Shown here: positions 62,792 through 64,000 of the stretch, in pieces
Position numbering within the stretch: the stretch's first letter is position 1
How the letters are laid out: every line of letters starts with the position of its first letter
Origin: Victivallis vadensis
GTDB taxonomy: Bacteria > Verrucomicrobiota > Lentisphaeria > Victivallales > GWF2-50-93
Length of the DNA stretch: 64,000 nucleotides
Reading direction: 5' to 3'
NCBI GenBank assembly: GCA_945883805.1
Contig: CAMCYE010000005.1
Span: 5,269 to 69,268, forward strand
Translations under genes and position numbers: made by a program
Notes under the pieces: generated by a model
The model's database searches: none
What the model saw: the letters and a program-made list of their open reading frames with translations, nothing else
What the model was told of the DNA's origin: nothing

Positions 62792-64000
62792 ATGGCGTCT
62801 AACAACCCGAAAATAGTGATGGTAGGCGGCGGCAGTTATGGATGGAGCCCCTGCCTCTTAAGCGATTTAATCCAAACTCCGGAACTTGAAGGCTGTGAAG
62901 TTGTCCTGCTTGATATCAATATTGCTGCGGCAAAAGAGATAAAAGCCGTTGCCGACAGACTCTGCGCCGACAACCGCAAAAAATTCCGCTTTACCGCCAC
63001 AAGCAACGAGGAGAGCGCCTTTAAAGACGCCGACTTCGTGGTTATTACAATCTCCACCGGCGGACTCGACATGATGAAGCACGACCTTGAAATTCCGGAC
63101 CGCTACGGAATTTTTCAGACCGTGGGCGATTCCGTAGGCCCAGGCGGCTGGTCGCGCCTCCTCCGCAATGTCCCGGTTTTCGAGAAGATGGCACGGAAAA
63201 TCGAAAGACTTTCACCCAATGCCGTAGTTCTGAACTATACCAACCCGATGGCAGGATTGACCGGTGCCATCGCGGAGACCAGTTCCCTGCGGACTGTGGG
63301 ACTATGCCACGGAATTTTCTCGACTTACTGGCTTATCAGGCGCATTTTCCAATGCGAGGAAAAAGATATTTCAGTACGTTTCGGCGGCGTAAACCATTTC
63401 TTCTGGATCCTAGATTTCAAAGTCCACGGCAAGGACGGTTACCAATTGCTGCGTAAAAAACTCTCAGGGCTTTCACTTGACGAATATCTCGACAAGACCC
63501 CTGACGGCAAAGGCGTCGGCAAAAGAACAATTGACCACATCCTGCTTGACGAAATGCTGAAGGAGTACGGATACCTCACATATCTGGCCGACCGCCACAC
63601 CTGCGAATATTTCACCGCATATCTGACAGACCGAAAAATGACCAAACGCTACAAGCTTCACCGGACAACCATAGAAGAACGCAGAGGGAATCTCCGCAAA
63701 GCCCGCGAACACGCATTAAAAATGGCAACTGGCAAGGAGAAGATTTTCCCGCGCAGCCGTGAGACGGCCATCGACATGATCAAGGCGTTTGTCACCAACA
63801 AGCCATTTGTTGATGTGGTAAACCTCCCGAACATCGGCCAGATTGACAATCTTCCCCGTGGCGCGGTTGTGGAAACGCTTGGTTTGGTTGACAGTTCTGG
63901 GTTCGCTCCGATAAGCATCGGCCCAATGCCGGAAATATTGCGAGGCCTGACCGACGTTCACTGCCGTGTCCAGAAAATGACTTTGGAGGCCGCCTTGACC
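62792..64000 (+). CDS. Glycoside hydrolase family 4 (NAD+/Mn2+-dependent), C-terminus cut by window edge
   Basis: The frame is open from ATG 62792 to the window end (403 codons) and is absent from the ORF track. KIVMVGGGSYGWSP, NYTNPM, GLCHG and the later NLPN block are typical of GH4. Confidence 0.8.
   Translation, partial: MASNNPKIVMVGGGSYGWSPCLLSDLIQTPELEGCEVVLLDINIAAAKEIKAVADRLCADNRKKFRFTATSNEESAFKDADFVVITISTGGLDMMKHDLEIPDRYGIFQTVGDSVGPGGWSRLLRNVPVFEKMARKIERLSPNAVVLNYTNPMAGLTGAIAETSSLRTVGLCHGIFSTYWLIRRIFQCEEKDISVRFGGVNHFFWILDFKVHGKDGYQLLRKKLSGLSLDEYLDKTPDGKGVGKRTIDHILLDEMLKEYGYLTYLADRHTCEYFTAYLTDRKMTKRYKLHRTTIEERRGNLRKAREHALKMATGKEKIFPRSRETAIDMIKAFVTNKPFVDVVNLPNIGQIDNLPRGAVVETLGLVDSSGFAPISIGPMPEILRGLTDVHCRVQKMTLEAALT

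Overview
Bacterial chromosomal window with dense coding on both strands. It has one tRNA, no rRNA and no CRISPR array. The content looks like the PVC superphylum: two proteins combine a prepilin-type N-terminal leader with an H-X9-DG (DUF1559-type) motif, many glycan-active proteins carry signal peptides, and the intergenic spacers are packed with short GC-rich hairpin repeats.

Block A (1-26.6 kb) holds glycan and sugar-acid utilisation genes. These are an edge-truncated GH-like gene, an enolase-superfamily enzyme, a DUF4434-like TIM barrel, a 1717-aa secreted CBM9-like/LamG protein, an AstE/AspA-type deacylase, GH32, an amidohydrolase, a KDPG-aldolase-like protein, a DapA-like protein, an MFS permease, a Gfo/Idh/MocA oxidoreductase and xylose-isomerase-like TIM barrels. 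A GntR-HTH/LacI-type-sensor regulator sits among them, and two promoters 13 kb apart share an almost identical -10/operator module.

Block B (26.8-40.7 kb) holds housekeeping genes (yceH-like, arfB, pdxA, thyX, rex, manA, aspS, lpxK, tRNA-Val). Interspersed are a tandem-EEP secreted protein, a secreted ankyrin protein and a VapC/Phd toxin-antitoxin pair.

Block C (40.7-64 kb) looks accessory and follows tRNA-Val. It contains a GIY-YIG protein, gene remnants, and two operons that are each headed by a diverged copy of the same ~1.05-kb cassette. The cassette carries an XRE-HTH/cupin regulator, a long hairpin, a consensus promoter, an inverted repeat and a conserved ~100-nt leader.

This duplicated-cassette regulon is my best candidate for an undescribed system. 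One operon encodes an M81 peptidase-like protein, an SDR, a class-III aminotransferase, a transaldolase and an SMP-30 lactonase. The other encodes an MmsA-type dehydrogenase, a secreted CBM-like protein, a beta-helix protein, a GH42-like TIM protein and GH4.

Caveats: all family calls come from motif recognition by eye and no database search was run. The supplied ORF track takes the longest ATG/GTG/TTG ORF, so many starts are trimmed here. The track also omits the two ORFs that run off the window edges (1-2253 minus, 62792-64000 plus).
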